This document shows positions 19,684 through 22,070 of a stretch of 22,070 bases of DNA, one piece after another; position 1 is the first letter of the stretch, and each line of letters starts with the position of its first letter. The notes beneath the pieces were generated by a model. That model saw only the letters and a list, made by a program, of their open reading frames with translations, made no database searches and had not been told where the DNA came from. Position numbers and translations under genes: made by a program. Origin of the DNA: Octopus sinensis (lineage: Eukaryota); NCBI RefSeq assembly GCF_006345805.1, contig NW_021837000.1:1-22070 (forward strand), read 5' to 3'.

Positions 19684-20621
19684 AAAAAAATTATGGAAGT
19701 GATACGATAAATATCAGAAAATAAAGTAATGAACTATGAAGCTGAGGTCACGGCCATATCAGAGTTGAGACACTGGCAGACAATAAACAATGGTTCACAA
19801 TCAAAACATTCAAAACAATTTGTTGCTGCATCCCTGGCACTCTTCCCAATAATATGGTACAGGTACTGTAATCTGTGTTCACTGCATGTACTGGTATTTC
19901 CAAAACATGGTGCACAGATAACCTTAAATATAAGGTTTAGTGGCAGACACGGACTGAACTCAGTCTCAGGCCTAGCACTGAACCAGGGTCTACAAAATTC
20001 CCCTTACCATAATTTTATTCATCTTCATTGAGGATATGGCCAAAAAATGTGTGCCAAAACATTTAAAATACACGGGAAGAGACAACATAAAGGAACTTAA
20101 CAGTAATAAAAGGTAAGGTTTAGTGAGTAAATTATATGCACTACAGCAAAGTCAGCTTCACGCCAAGTGCTGAAAGCACAGCACGTGCCAGGATATTTGG
20201 GAATTTTTCAAATGTTTCACAAAACTGATGCAATAAAAAACAGTGAAGCCCTAGGAAAACTGGAATAAAACCTATTACTTTTCCAGGGTGTACAGGTGTT
20301 GATGACACAGTAACCTGTTGCTGTACATTTTTTCTGTTTCGGGCAGCAAGCAACAATATAAACTGCTCAGACCACACCACACCTGTGACCATTGCCAGGC
20401 CACTTAGCATGTCACTAACCCTTATTTTTGTTAACTTTGTCCTAACCCTCATTTTGGTTGTTTGTCCTAAGCCTTACTTGGGCTAACCCTTATACTGGCT
20501 AACCATTTATGTAGATTCTGTCCCCATTGTAACACTCCACATGTGTCTGTCCCATGGAAAAAATCCAGAAATTCCTCTTACGTATAATTACATTTTCCTG
20601 GATATTCCATGTTAATTTTAA

Positions 20622-20668
20622 GGTGCGTCCTATATGCCAGAGTGTCTTATATGCCACAAAATAGAGTA
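20622..20668 (+). mobile_element. pogo-type right terminus followed by TA
   Basis: GGTGCGTCCTATATGCCAGAGTGTCTTATATGCCACAAAATAGAG|TA has the doubled GYGTCYTATATGCC motif typical of pogo TIRs. Its partner left end is uncertain. Confidence 0.55.
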
Positions 20669-20708
20669 TATATGTGTGTATGTGCATGTGTGTGTGTGTG
20701 TGTGTGAG

Positions 20709-20847
20709 ATGGGCTCCTTTTAGTTTCTGTCTATTAATCCACTTACAAGGCTTTGGTCAGCTTGTCCAAGGTTCCATGCAATGAGATTGAACCTGAAACC
20801 ATGTGGTTGGAAATCAAATTCTTAACCACACAGCTAACCCTGCACTT
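20709..20847 (-). mobile_element. Diverged 5' part of SINE family A with an internal deletion
   Basis: AATCCACTTACAAGGCTTTGGTCAGC/TTGTCCAAGG..GAACCTGAAACCATGTGGTTGG..ACCACACAGC. Confidence 0.7.
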
Positions 20848-20927
20848 GCAGTAACGCAATAAATTTGTTTTCTTTAAAAAGTTCAGTTTCCTTCTCGTGT
20901 GTATATGTATGTATGTGTATGTGTGCA

Positions 20928-20962
<35 letters not shown>

Positions 20963-21187
20963 ACACGCGCGCACACACACGCACATACAAGCAAGTGTTT
21001 ATTACTAGATGAACATTACATATTCACAAAAGCTACCTCACCACCTAACAGCAGACAATTTACGCAGTGATGTAACATTAAGTTGTAATGTTAATATATG
21101 GAATTTTCAGCTAATACAAAAACAAATTGTTCTCAACAAAAAGTATTGAATCCTGCTATAAATTACAATGGTTTTAAAAACATCTCC

Positions 21188-21231
21188 TCATCATCATTTT
21201 ACGTTTGCCCTCTATGCTGGAATTGGTTGGA
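21188..21231 (-). mobile_element. Old diverged RTE 3' terminus
   Basis: TCATCATCATTTTACGTTTGCCCTCTATGCTGGAATTGGTTGGA resembles 8228-8286. Confidence 0.4.
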
Positions 21232-21745
21232 TAAGTCTTCACAACATAGATAATTTCTTATTGAGAGCAGCTGCTCCCCTAGGGTGGTGCTGATCCATGT
21301 CATGACTAGAGGTACTTCCTAATGCTTTCCAATGTATGTAGAATACTGCACACTGCATCAACACTTATCCTACACTTTGGTCATACCTGACAGTTCATAG
21401 TGTGTACTATATGTGTGTGTCTGTGTGTGTGAGCATAGAGGGAGTCTATAAAAGATAGTTAGGATTCTCCATCCCAATGCTGTGATACTTCATTAGACAC
21501 AGCATTGGGATAAAAAAAAAAACACAAATTTGCAATTACAATTATTTAATGAGAAAATAAAAAAAAAAAAAAGAAAATATGTAAATATTAATAAATAATG
21601 AGCTGAAATATTGGATCCAGAAACAATTTTCACTCACACAAAGTATGTTAAATATCAATTCTTATATATAAATGTGTGTGTGTGCATATGAGTATGTGTG
21701 CATATAAGAAACAAGGTAAAAATAATGATTGTAACATATTTTTCA

Positions 21746-21906
21746 TTTACTCTTTACTCTTTACTCTTTACTTGTTTCAGTCATTTGACTGTGGCCATGC
21801 TGGAGCACCGCCTTTAGTCGAGCAAATCGACCCCGGGACTTATTCTTTTGTAAGCCCAGTACTTATTCTATTGGTCTCTTTTGCCGAACCACTAAATAAC
21901 GGGGAC
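21746..21906 (-). mobile_element. 3' half of SINE family A with (TTTACTC)n tail
   Basis: High-identity reverse complement of ~19530-19683. Confidence 0.9.
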
Positions 21907-22070
21907 TTTATTGGAGCAAATTTCCCTTACAACTGTTTCCAGTAGTCATTATAGGTACATTACTGATAGGTTTACTTAATTGGTCAATACACAGACACAC
22001 ACACACACATATGTATGTATGTATTTATCTATCTATATATATTATAAGTTATATATGTAAATATATCACA

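Noticed and set aside
20141-20452. 103-aa minus ORF and the 100-aa plus ORF at 19729-20031
   Set aside because: No recognisable domain. The first starts inside the CTAACCCT minisatellite, and ORFs of this length are expected by chance.

Overview
Eukaryotic, very AT-rich, microsatellite-saturated DNA. The repeat families look like those I recognise from Octopus genomes; this is recall, not a search. No intact protein-coding gene can be supported, and most ORFs in the track are microsatellite artefacts. The window is a nest of decayed mobile elements: three R4/Dong-like RLE-LINE 3' fragments, two CR1-type LINE fragments, several RTE fragments, a Penelope-like element (PLE) C-terminus, an internally deleted Helitron, a pogo (POGK/Passer-like) transposase pseudogene, two tRNA-derived SINE families and several MITE-like inverted repeats. 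The most notable signals are two unrelated type I hammerhead-ribozyme motifs (8908-9010 minus, downstream of the PLE fragment; 13160-13313 plus, orphan). Both combine a minimal palindromic stem III with a long stem II insert. Also notable: a fold-back duplication at an RTE micro-insertion inside the pogo gene, a SINE/CR1 shared 3' tail with a covarying stem-loop, a (TAA)n insertion hotspot, and an RTE relic with 5'-inversion geometry. Weak candidate exons are reported at low confidence only.
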